A DNA stretch of 64,000 nt from an uncultured virus (IMG/VR IMGVR_UViG_648861014_000005) (lineage: Duplodnaviria; Heunggongvirae; Uroviricota; Caudoviricetes), in the IMG/VR virus record IMGVR_UViG_648861014_000005, one strand, 5' to 3'. Positions 39,729-48,168 of this stretch are shown one piece after another (the stretch's first letter is position 1; each line of letters starts with the position of its first letter). Below the pieces are notes generated by a model. That model was not told the DNA's origin. It saw only the letters and a list, made by a program, of their open reading frames with translations, and ran no database searches. The translations under genes were made by a program, and so were the position numbers.

Positions 39729-40258
39729 TCCCCGCCCTCCGGTTCACCCTGCTCTTCCTTGCGGAAAACCCGCTCAGCACAGGCCGAGCAATAGGTCTCT
39801 CCCTGCTCCGTTTGGTTGCCGCAAAACCGCTTTTCAGTCGGGGCAACAACACCCGACCCCCAAAGCGGAAACCGGCATTGCTGCGCCTTGACTTGAAAAA
39901 TGTTCGGACGTTTCACCGGCGCTGCAGGCTCAACAGAAGGTGTAAGGCGCGGCACAGGCCGTAGCTTCACCACTTTGCCAGCACCGCCCGCCTCACGTGC
40001 GCGTGCACGAGGCGCTTTGCTTTTCGCAGCGCGGCCCGCGCCCGCGCGCGCCGCCACAACTGCCGGGTTTGTCGAAAGAGAAAACCGGCGAACGATCAAC
40101 CGCACATGCTGCAGACCAACAGAGCCATAAATCACAGCCAAGGCATCAGCCGCACCGGCCAAATCCAGCCCGCGCACCAGCTGATCAAAAACAGCATCCC
40201 GCTTTTGCGCATCACTCAGTGCCGCCCAGCTCAGATCATGGGTGTCAGACAAGCTCAT
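39725..40258 (-). CDS. GcrA-like regulator
   Basis: N-terminal HTH, basic linker, C-terminal QCRFPLWG...FCG...YCSAC. Confidence 0.75.
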   Translation of the reverse strand: MSLSDTHDLSWAALSDAQKRDAVFDQLVRGLDLAGAADALAVIYGSVGLQHVRLIVRRFSLSTNPAVVAARAGAGRAAKSKAPRARAREAGGAGKVVKLRPVPRLTPSVEPAAPVKRPNIFQVKAQQCRFPLWGSGVVAPTEKRFCGNQTEQGETYCSACAERVFRKEEQGEPEGGE

Positions 40259-40353
40259 GAGCGCACCTCGCTTCCCACGGGTTGCATTTCACGCCGCTGC
40301 ACGCCTATCTGTTCGATACTGCTTTTGAACTGATTTATTGGAGAGTTTTGATC

Positions 40354-40800
40354 ATGCGTTACGTCGCACTTGCTGCTGTCTGCATACCCCTGTTCACACC
40401 GCCTGCTGTGGCGCTGAACGAACTTGAACAAAAGGCTGACGCCGTTTTCAAATCGCTGGAGATGGCTTTTGAAGACAAAGTCGAGACAGTAGGCAAATAC
40501 CCCTGCTATCAGGACAATTATTGCCAAGGCGAAATCAATAACGTGATCGTCAACGTCTGGGGGCTCGGGATCGTTGACGTCCTTCCCGCACACAATGTGC
40601 CTTTTGAGGACTATATGCTCGCCTGCACCGCCGCCCTTTCCGGACTTGGCAACACCCCGCCTAAAGACACCCTCAATTTGCTGATTGAGTATTTTAACGC
40701 CGCCTCCCAAACCGGAAAGGCAGAAGGGAAATACTGGGGAACCGATGTTAAGGTCAGCGCTAATTACGAAGGCACTTTGGAGTGCCGTTTTTTCAAGTAA
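40354..40800 (+). CDS. Secreted/periplasmic moron protein
   Basis: GGAG RBS; signal peptide MRYVALAAVCIPLFTPPAVA; antisense to the early operon. Confidence 0.7.
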   Translation: MRYVALAAVCIPLFTPPAVALNELEQKADAVFKSLEMAFEDKVETVGKYPCYQDNYCQGEINNVIVNVWGLGIVDVLPAHNVPFEDYMLACTAALSGLGNTPPKDTLNLLIEYFNAASQTGKAEGKYWGTDVKVSANYEGTLECRFFK

Positions 40801-40945
40801 TTGCATCACCAGCGCCCTCCACTTTCCGGCAAAGGCCCGAAATCGCGCGCGCCTTGTGCGTGCACGCGTGAGGCATCTGCCAAAGCATCCGCGCCAGACC
40901 GCGCAAAAAGGCCCAAGAGCCGCTCAAAAAATTGCGCACTGATCA

Positions 40946-41440
40946 TCATTCGGCAGCCTCCGCCGTTGCGGCCACCTGGTCGGCGTAAAGCCGAAGCACC
41001 ACAAGTGCCTCGATAGCCCTTTGAAGTTTTTCGATAATTTGCTGGTCTGCGATTTCCTGTGCTGTGACTTGCTCACCCGCATTCAGCGCGCGGCAAATCG
41101 CGTCCGCTGCCGCTGTAGTGCCACTAACAGCATCCAGAATGCCGGAGGTCCAAGTTGTCGGTCCCAAGGACTGTTTGGGAAGCGACACAAAGGCCCCATT
41201 CACCATGCGGCAAAGCGTGCGGATCAGGCTGTCATCATCAGAATCAAGACAAAGATCGAGAACCACATCGATCGGCGCATGATCATTCGGGTTGCTGTTG
41301 GAGCCGTAGCGCGAAAGCGCGGGCTGCCCGACCCGTGTGGCCTCCGCCGCACACTCACCGCCACCGCATTTGCGAACCAGCTTGCGAAACGCCGCTTTCA
41401 GTTGCGCCCGCTCTATGTCTGAGGATGGGCGAAGGGTCAC
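40946..41440 (-). CDS. CII-like regulatory protein
   Basis: LKAAFRKLV..CGG..AA...RVGQPALSRY...PIDV; downstream of cro. Confidence 0.65.
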   Translation of the reverse strand: MTLRPSSDIERAQLKAAFRKLVRKCGGGECAAEATRVGQPALSRYGSNSNPNDHAPIDVVLDLCLDSDDDSLIRTLCRMVNGAFVSLPKQSLGPTTWTSGILDAVSGTTAAADAICRALNAGEQVTAQEIADQQIIEKLQRAIEALVVLRLYADQVAATAEAAE

Positions 41441-41733
41441 CGAATAATTTCCTTGTTTTTATTCGGTGACTTACAAGGAGGGTTGCCAGATAGTCTCCCT
41501 ACTTCGACCCGCTGCTCCGGAGTCAAAGCAATTTCCTCTATAGAGAGTGGGTCGCCGAGCAGCATGCTTTGAACAAGGATTGCATAATGGTGTTTTTGCG
41601 GGATAGCGCCACCAGAGCCACCAGCTTCGCGAGGAACGCGCCACCGCTTTACTGTGTGTTGATTCAATCCCAACGCCTGAGCAGTCTTTTTCAGCCCATG
41701 AAGACGTGCAATAATTGTGGAGGCAGGTTCCAT
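41437..41733 (-). CDS. Cro-like HTH regulator
   Basis: IIARLHGLKKTAQALGL...VKRW...GGSGGAIP; divergent from the repressor. Confidence 0.75.
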   Translation of the reverse strand: MEPASTIIARLHGLKKTAQALGLNQHTVKRWRVPREAGGSGGAIPQKHHYAILVQSMLLGDPLSIEEIALTPEQRVEVGRLSGNPPCKSPNKNKEIIR

Positions 41734-41747
41734 GTCTAATACCGATT

Positions 41748-41864
41748 TGTGCGTTTTTCACACAAACACTGCAAAATTTGTCGTAAATAGTCAAATCAAT
41801 AATAAAGAATTATGTGCGTTTTTAGGCCAAGACAGCCTTGACAAGCATGTGCATAATTCGACCA
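41748..41864. promoter_or_regulatory. OR-like operator cluster
   Basis: TGTGCGTTTTTCACACA (41748-41764) plus degenerate copies at 41813-41829 and 41848-41864. Confidence 0.7.
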
Positions 41865-42274
41865 TGTCTACGACTAAAACAAATTCGATTATAGCCGATT
41901 GGTTGACGAAATCTCTTACTAAGGCCGGGATGACGCAATCTCAGCTAGCTCGAGAAGTCGGCCTTACATCCCAGAAAATTAATCGCACAATTCATGGTAG
42001 CCGCGAGATGACTGCGGAAGAAATCATTAGAATTTCCCATGTCTTAAGAGCCCCTATCCCGTCGCTGCCCGGCTCCACTCCACTCCACAACACTTCCTCC
42101 CCCGTCGCGCCCGGTTCTGTGTCAACCGAGATTAATGATGCCGACTTTGACAAGGTCCTCGACGCGGTTTTGCGTGCGGCCAAAAAGGTCGAGCAAGATG
42201 ATTATGATGGAAATATGCCAATTAAGGACTATGTCGCAGCTGTGACTATTGGCCTGAAAAGCCATAGAAAATAA
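41864..42274 (+). CDS. CI-like XRE repressor without S24 peptidase domain
   Basis: AGMTQSQLAREVGLTSQKINR.IHGSREMT HTH; about 136 aa from ATG 41864. Confidence 0.8.
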   Translation: MSTTKTNSIIADWLTKSLTKAGMTQSQLAREVGLTSQKINRTIHGSREMTAEEIIRISHVLRAPIPSLPGSTPLHNTSSPVAPGSVSTEINDADFDKVLDAVLRAAKKVEQDDYDGNMPIKDYVAAVTIGLKSHRK

Positions 42275-42344
42275 CAAAAAAGTTTAGAATTTCATTCTCA
42301 TAATAACCCCATATTTACTAAAATAATAAATCTATGGAGCTTGA

Positions 42345-42602
42345 GTGGTGTATACATACCAAGGCACGAAGATAGATTTACCCCCTGAGGAAGAAGACTT
42401 CTTCGAGCTTCTTCGACTTGCTTTTATACTGGACGAAATCCACATTGTCGAATGGGAGTGCTTCAGACAACACAGTCACATGGACCTTTTGAAATTGTCA
42501 AAAGACGAAAGGAAAGCGATTTACGACAGCTGTCGCGACCCCCTTGTTCGGTCGCTTATGGCGCGCAATGCTACTAATTTGATTATGGAATTTTTAAAAT
42601 GA
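42345..42602 (+). CDS. Small hypothetical protein
   Basis: GGAG RBS; ATGA overlap with the next gene. Confidence 0.6.
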   Translation: MVYTYQGTKIDLPPEEEDFFELLRLAFILDEIHIVEWECFRQHSHMDLLKLSKDERKAIYDSCRDPLVRSLMARNATNLIMEFLK

Positions 42603-43186
42603 GAGATTTTATCGAAAAACACACAATTGAAACAGTCCAAAATGGCTTAATTGACACTACTGCAAAAGATCTTTTAGCGTTTTGGCTTAGAGAACGAAGA
42701 AACCCACGTGCACTATCTTTACTCGCCCCTTTGGCAGACAACCTTCTCTTAACAGCCGGAACCGCCGAACAAGGTAATAGCCCTCAAATCATCATGGTTG
42801 GGTCACAGACAATGTTCAGCGCAATTGTCCCGCACGCAGCTTTGCCTGAAGAAGAACCCTCAACATATCTCGATGGAGACTTTCGGAATTCTGTACACGT
42901 GGGCTACCATTTAGCTATCTCTGGCGAACCTGTAATCGAAACAATATCAACTACATGTCGACCATACGGCCAGCCAATTCAAATCACATACGATCGGTTG
43001 ATCCTGCCATGGCGAATGCGCAGCGGACATCTGAACTTAACCACGTATGTCAAGCCGCTGGAAATTTTGCCGCAAAATGATCTAACCAATCTAGGCACTG
43101 ACTATAACTGTTCCGAGCCAACACTAAATCGTCGTCAATTGACGACGGAGGATTTTCCCAACGAATACCGACAGGCTCGACTGTAG
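42599..43186 (+). CDS. Stand-alone PAS-like (PAS_5/DUF1457-like) domain protein
   Basis: LLAFW...IIMVGS...GY..AISGEP...ITYDRLILPW pattern. Confidence 0.6.
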   Translation: MRDFIEKHTIETVQNGLIDTTAKDLLAFWLRERRNPRALSLLAPLADNLLLTAGTAEQGNSPQIIMVGSQTMFSAIVPHAALPEEEPSTYLDGDFRNSVHVGYHLAISGEPVIETISTTCRPYGQPIQITYDRLILPWRMRSGHLNLTTYVKPLEILPQNDLTNLGTDYNCSEPTLNRRQLTTEDFPNEYRQARL

Positions 43187-43799
43187 AAAAGCCATAAGCC
43201 AGGGGATAGCGCTTACTCCATGCGCTTGGTCGAACCCAGCAATACATCCAGTCCGGCTCCCATTTATGCAATGCCGCCAACATTATCAATGGCGCTACTC
43301 GTTCATGAATGCGTTTACCTCGGCACTGTTGCCGCACCCATAAATCCCCAAGATAAGCTACTCTACCACTAATCTGACTCTGGAAACGCGGCTGATCATT
43401 TGAAGCCAGCGCCCTCCCATCGCAGATAGCCGGGTAACAACGCTTCCAGTACTTTCTAAGGTGCGTCTGCAGGGATTGCTTTCCCAAATTATCGACCCTA
43501 GCAGCAGCGATGCATATACATGCGCCATCAGCGTCTAATACAGCCGCCCAGAAACCACTTTCTGGTGTGTATGTATTAAAGACTGTGTTGAAATGCTCTG
43601 TTAATTCACCCTTGTCGGTATCCGACAACATTTTCTCAAGCTCTTCGAAATCAGACCCTAACCGAAACACATAACCGAGCTTAGTTATTTCGCGCTCCAA
43701 TCCCGAAAATGCACGGGAAAACAGCATCGGGTTAACCCACTCGACGCGATCAAAATTCGTTTCCAATTGCTCTTCCTCCTTAAAATGGTCTTTTTTCAC
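43050..43799 (-). CDS. GNAT/acyl-synthase-fold protein
   Basis: FWAAVLDADG..ICIAAAR and motif-A-like YLGDLWVRQQCRGKRI, late YGF; start may be ATG 43727. Confidence 0.6.
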   Translation of the reverse strand: MKKDHFKEEEQLETNFDRVEWVNPMLFSRAFSGLEREITKLGYVFRLGSDFEELEKMLSDTDKGELTEHFNTVFNTYTPESGFWAAVLDADGACICIAAARVDNLGKQSLQTHLRKYWKRCYPAICDGRALASNDQPRFQSQISGRVAYLGDLWVRQQCRGKRIHERVAPLIMLAALHKWEPDWMYCWVRPSAWSKRYPLAYGFSTVEPVGIRWENPPSSIDDDLVLARNSYSQCLDWLDHFAAKFPAA

Positions 43800-43917
43800 A
43801 CATTTTATATTGACTATATTGTGCGTTTATCGCACATTTTGTGTGAGGCGCGGTTGTCGCGTTAGTAGCTTAACCGAACACATGAGGACAGCGGAGCAAT
43901 GTGTGCGTTAACCGCCT
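43786..43917. promoter_or_regulatory. OL-like operator and PL-like promoter
   Basis: Palindromic TGTGCG-TTTAT-CGCACA (43820-43836) just downstream of TTGACT (43810-43815); further half-sites nearby. Confidence 0.7.
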
Positions 43918-44006
43918 GCAATGAGCTTTGCGTTTCGGAATCCAAGGTCACAAGCGCAACTTCAAATGCTAATTTCTTTTCCATTTTTTGGAATGGAGAT
44001 TTTTCA

Positions 44007-44372
44007 ATGACCGTTAGCACCCAAAACGCCCTGCATGCACTCGATAACCTGGTAGCCGCATTAAAAGCAGACGGACTGGACCGTTTTGCCATCATGGCGG
44101 AGAGCGCCCGCAAATGCACGGCGGGAATCACCGCTCAACACGCACTGATGGTTCAAATCAAGGACATCCAAAACGTCCTGATCAAAACGGGTGAAACAAG
44201 GGGGCGAAAAATTGACGAGTTCCAACTCACGCCCCTTGCCCTGCCCGGCCACAAAGCAAACGCCACGGACCGTATTGTCTTTGGCGACGAAGAAACAATT
44301 GAGCACCTGCGCAACGAGCTGACCGAACTGGCACGTCTGCGCCGGGAAAAGGAGCCGAAATGGACACCGTAA
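44007..44372 (+). CDS. First early (PL) gene, hypothetical
   Basis: GGAG RBS before ATG 44007. Confidence 0.6.
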   Translation: MTVSTQNALHALDNLVAALKADGLDRFAIMAESARKCTAGITAQHALMVQIKDIQNVLIKTGETRGRKIDEFQLTPLALPGHKANATDRIVFGDEETIEHLRNELTELARLRREKEPKWTP

Positions 44373-44650
44373 TCTACCTGCTCTTAGTTGGTGTGGGAGC
44401 TTTCTTATTCACATTGGGTTTCTTGATGTCGCTGCTCGTGCTGGCCGATCTGGTGATGAACGGACCTCTGACAGTCGGCACACACCCTTTCGGCCTGCCA
44501 CTCAAGTCCAAATACCCATGCAGCTCAACCTCCGAAACAGCCTTCCTCTCCTCCCGGGCCGTTGAGGACAAACGAGCTGCCCCTTGCCGCCATGCCACAC
44601 CTCCCTGCATGGCGGCACTTTCCACCGCAATGCGCGAGGCAAAATCATGA
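44360..44650 (+). CDS. Early membrane protein, hypothetical
   Basis: GGAG RBS; N-terminal TM helix. Confidence 0.5.
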   Translation: MDTVIYLLLVGVGAFLFTLGFLMSLLVLADLVMNGPLTVGTHPFGLPLKSKYPCSSTSETAFLSSRAVEDKRAAPCRHATPPCMAALSTAMREAKS

Positions 44651-44984
44651 CTGAATTTCTCGACGCTCTTTTGAACCGGCCCTTCTATTTGGGCTGCAGC
44701 CCACAACTCCAATACCGAAATCCGGCAACAGCCTATTCGGTTTGCCTGATGGCGCTGGTTTTCATCATCGAACGCGGCATCTGACCAACCGGCAAGCATC
44801 TTCTTTCCTAAGTCTGAGTTTCAGAACCACACGCAATAGCCAAAGGGATCGCTCCCATGCATGACGCCCACCTCATTCTTTCATGCCGCAAAACCGGCGA
44901 ATGGTGGAAAGTGCGAAACACAAGCGAAGCCATGCGCCTCGCCCGCACCAAGGGCCTGGTTGATTTCGAAATCGGAGAAGCACA

Positions 44985-45257
44985 GTGACTGAGCAAGAAC
45001 TGAAAATTGCCGAACTCGAAGCCCGGATTGAAAAGCTGGAACAGCACGCTAAGGGACGAGAGCGAGCGGGTAACTTTTCGGACCCGCTCAATCAGGTCGG
45101 AGAAAGCCCACCCCCTCATTCATCGAATGAATTCAAAGTGCAAACAGCAAAGAAATCGACCTCAGCGAAAACAGAGCACGATCAAGATGAAGCAGCAGAT
45201 GCCGTACACTCAGCTATATCGAAGGTGTTTCACCCCTCTTCATCCAAATCACTTTGA
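44985..45257 (+). CDS. Early hypothetical protein
   Basis: GGAG RBS; coiled-coil N-terminus. Confidence 0.45.
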   Translation: MTEQELKIAELEARIEKLEQHAKGRERAGNFSDPLNQVGESPPPHSSNEFKVQTAKKSTSAKTEHDQDEAADAVHSAISKVFHPSSSKSL

Positions 45258-45515
45258 ATTTGCAATAAAGAGCAAGTCACGAATGACAGACTCCCCCCGA
45301 GCCTCGAAGACCCTTGTACCAAATCCGGTTTTTTCGTTCTCATCGAACGCATATAGAGCCTCTTCCATAAGGTTTTGCCACTTAACCGTGTCTGCTGTCG
45401 TCATGCCTTTAAGGTTCTTTATTTCCTTCAAGGCGAGCCCAACCGCGCACTCCAAAACAAATAGTGTGGCGTTGACTTGCTGCTCGCGCTTTGTGGTCAA
45501 TTGGGGTCCAGCCAC
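45249..45515 (-). CDS. Small antisense moron, hypothetical
   Basis: AGGAG RBS; 88-aa ORF next to an assembly gap. Confidence 0.5.
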   Translation of the reverse strand: MAGPQLTTKREQQVNATLFVLECAVGLALKEIKNLKGMTTADTVKWQNLMEEALYAFDENEKTGFGTRVFEARGESVIRDLLFIANSK

Positions 45516-45644
45516 GCGCTTACTCCTTCTGTTCGTGGTTAGAAAGGGGTNNNNNNNNNNNNNNNNNNNNACCCACTTCCAGTCTCTAGCACGAGAAGTA
45601 GTTGGATCTGGAAGTGAAAAGCTTCGTCAAATCGGAGAAGCACT

Positions 45645-45830
45645 GTGACTGAGCTTAACCTCACAAATCGAAAGCGCGTTTCCAAGTACATCAGGGACTT
45701 CCTAGCAGACATGGAACAGGAAGCACTCTCAGCTGAGGATAGCGGTGATCAGAAACTCGCCAAAGACATTCGCGCCCTCGCCAATGCCACCTACAACGCC
45801 GCCAGCATTCGAATTGTGGCTAGGCCGTAA
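45645..45830 (+). CDS. Early hypothetical protein
   Basis: GGAG RBS; 61 aa. Confidence 0.5.
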   Translation: MTELNLTNRKRVSKYIRDFLADMEQEALSAEDSGDQKLAKDIRALANATYNAASIRIVARP

Positions 45831-45853
45831 GCACCTACCGAACGGAGCATGAA

Positions 45854-46168
45854 ATGACCCGAGATGAACGTTCCTTACTGCTGTTTTTCGAATGCGCCTT
45901 TGTTGATCATGGCGGGTTGCTGGATACGCAACACATGAACAGCGACGACATGCAAACAGCGGCCAGATGGTCGGAAAGCGGTTATATTCGCTTCGAAAGA
46001 GTCTGCGCGAAAGACCGGTGTCTCACCCGCAAAAACTACTGCGTCTGGCTGTCAGAGAAGGCCATGCACGATGCTCATTCCGAACGGAGCGCGCACGCTC
46101 TGAGATGCTGGGAAAAGCGCAGGATCCGGACTGTCTCTGAGTATCACTCAGAACCCGTCGCCTCCTAA
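45854..46168 (+). CDS. Early phage hypothetical protein
   Basis: GGAG RBS; MTRDERSLLLFFEC..VD.GG. Confidence 0.65.
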   Translation: MTRDERSLLLFFECAFVDHGGLLDTQHMNSDDMQTAARWSESGYIRFERVCAKDRCLTRKNYCVWLSEKAMHDAHSERSAHALRCWEKRRIRTVSEYHSEPVAS

Positions 46169-46252
46169 TCAAATCCCCCTGCCCACGACCGCTAAACCAT
46201 GGACAGGGGCGCAACGGCCATGATCGGCCATCACCAACCTAAGGAAGCTAAC

Positions 46253-46681
46253 ATGCTTGGGAAATTGAAACAAAAGCTCGAAGGATCGATGAACCGGTTC
46301 AAGGGCAAGACGGACTTTCTGGAAGCGGTATGTGCAGCAGCCGCACTTGTCGCCGCCGCCGATGGCGAGATTGAGGACGCGGAAATCAAGGCGACAATCC
46401 AAGGCATTTCCTCCAATCCGAATTTGGCAGGGGCGTTTCCCTCCCGTCAGATCGAGCAAACCCTGGAGAATATGTTCGAACGGACCAAGGGCCGTGCTGG
46501 CCGTATGGGGCTTTATGGCGAAATCAATGACATCGCCAATGACGCTGATATGGCGGAAACGGTTTATCTGACAGCGCTCGACATCTCCGAAAGCGACGGC
46601 CAGATCGAGCCTGAAGAAAAGGCGGTCCTTGAGAAGATCGCCGCCAAGCTCGGCTTGAACCCGGCGAACTACGACGCCTGA
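46253..46681 (+). CDS. TerB-family protein
   Basis: FLEAVCAAAALVAAADGEIEDAE...SDGQIEPEEKAVL..IA..LGL. Confidence 0.85.
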   Translation: MLGKLKQKLEGSMNRFKGKTDFLEAVCAAAALVAAADGEIEDAEIKATIQGISSNPNLAGAFPSRQIEQTLENMFERTKGRAGRMGLYGEINDIANDADMAETVYLTALDISESDGQIEPEEKAVLEKIAAKLGLNPANYDA

Positions 46682-47031
46682 TCGTGTTCTCTTTCCTCAT
46701 TTTGATCAGTGGCATCGCGCTTGGTTGGTACCTGCGCGGTGCTGCGGGTAAGGCCAACCCGATCAACTACGTCAAAGGCCTGTTTTCAGGAAAGGACGGG
46801 ACGCACTAGCGCCCCGCCACCTCAACGAAAGACGCGGAATGGCCCGTTTGGGCCCAAGCTATCCTCGCCGGGGGGTACCACGGCCCTGCATTGCAGGTGA
46901 CGCAATCCGGGTCGGGCAGGCGGACGCAGCAGCAGTCTTGTTGGGTTGAACTAGTGGAACCATCAGAGAAGCCCGGAGGGGTGACGCAGCCGGTGGGAGC
47001 CCGGCACACAAATTGAAGAAGAAAGGCCGCC

Positions 47032-47337
47032 ATGATGATTAAGGGATTTTCTGTTTACCGTCGCAACTTCGGGCATTGGGATGTTTCCTCCCGCGAGCAC
47101 GGGCGGTTGTTCCGTCTTCGCGGCGGGCCCAGCCAATGGGATGTAATCGACGAGCGCGAAGGTAAAGGCCAAAACTCCAGCCTTATTTCCTTCAAGGATC
47201 AGGCCGCGGCGATGGCCTTCATTTGCGCCGAACTTATGCATGAGCTTTTGACGGTTGAAGGCCAGCCGCCACACGTCATGGAAGCGTGGAATATCAACTG
47301 GACTAGCGAGTACGATCCGCTTGGACCTCAGCAGTGA
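47032..47337 (+). CDS. Early hypothetical protein
   Basis: 101-aa ORF with RBS. Confidence 0.55.
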   Translation: MMIKGFSVYRRNFGHWDVSSREHGRLFRLRGGPSQWDVIDEREGKGQNSSLISFKDQAAAMAFICAELMHELLTVEGQPPHVMEAWNINWTSEYDPLGPQQ

Positions 47338-47354
47338 TAAGAAAGAGCCGGTAG

Positions 47355-47645
47355 ATGGAAACCAGAGTGAAAGAACTGTCAGAGCTGCCCGACTTCAAGG
47401 ATATGAAGTTAGAGTCGCACGGCATGCCGAAGAATTGGGGCTTTAGCTGCGGCGGCAAGCACATGGACTATGGCCAGTGGGCCATCCAACACGTGCATGA
47501 TGATCTATCGGTTGACGTATACCTGCTGCCGCTTTGGATTACTCCGCTCGTACGTTGGCGAGAGAAAAACGCGAGGCGCGAAATGCAAGATGAAATCCGC
47601 AACGCACTCGGTATCAATCCGTATTCAGGAAGGCCCGACAGATGA
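47355..47645 (+). CDS. Early hypothetical protein
   Basis: 96-aa ORF co-oriented with the early operon. Confidence 0.5.
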   Translation: METRVKELSELPDFKDMKLESHGMPKNWGFSCGGKHMDYGQWAIQHVHDDLSVDVYLLPLWITPLVRWREKNARREMQDEIRNALGINPYSGRPDR

Positions 47646-47757
47646 TTTCTACGAAGGTGAATCGAAATTCTTCATATTCAGTAACATCTTACAACTTTCA
47701 TTAAATGCGCTCCAAAATACGAGAACAAAGAGAACACAGAGATAGAACAGGTGGCAA

Positions 47758-48081
47758 ATGACCGATACAGCAGCAAGGTCAGTCCGATTTGAATACACCA
47801 ACTGGCGAGGCGAAACCGCCGAACGTTGGGCGACACCATCAGAGATTTGGTGGGGTAAGACGGATTTCCACCCGGAGCCTCAATGGCTCATGACAGCATT
47901 CGACCATGACAAAGGGGCTGAGCGGGATTTCGCGCTACGTGACTGCCGTTTTGTCAGCGGCTCTGAGGACACTCCGGACTACACGCCAATAGCGTCTTTT
48001 CATTTTTCCATATCGAAACAGGACATAGACCGCCATCTGGACAGGCATCAGGAAGAGGTTGAAACCGAGATTAAGGAATAA
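47758..48081 (+). CDS. Stand-alone WYL-like domain protein
   Basis: VRFEYTNWRGE..ER..TP..IW...QWLM.AFD.DKGAERDFAL. Confidence 0.7.
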   Translation: MTDTAARSVRFEYTNWRGETAERWATPSEIWWGKTDFHPEPQWLMTAFDHDKGAERDFALRDCRFVSGSEDTPDYTPIASFHFSISKQDIDRHLDRHQEEVETEIKE

Positions 48082-48168
48082 CCACGGCGCGCCCATCGCC
48101 AGCCCCGGACATGAGCCAAAATAATCGCCGGTCCGGGGACCAACTGTAAAAGCTTGCGAGACATCAAG

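Noticed and set aside
40255..40809. 184-aa minus-strand ORF
   Set aside because: Probably the shadow of the plus-strand gene that has a signal peptide and RBS
41717..41863. N-terminal extension of the repressor ORF
   Set aside because: It overlaps the cro start and the operator region; ATG 41864 gives a normal HTH N-terminus
45551..45570. N runs here and at 58367-58481
   Set aside because: Assembly gaps; ORFs spanning them are artefacts
47721..47750. Alphaproteobacterial LexA box (GAAC-N7-GAAC)
   Set aside because: The GAAC motifs are spaced by 5 and 9 bp, not 7
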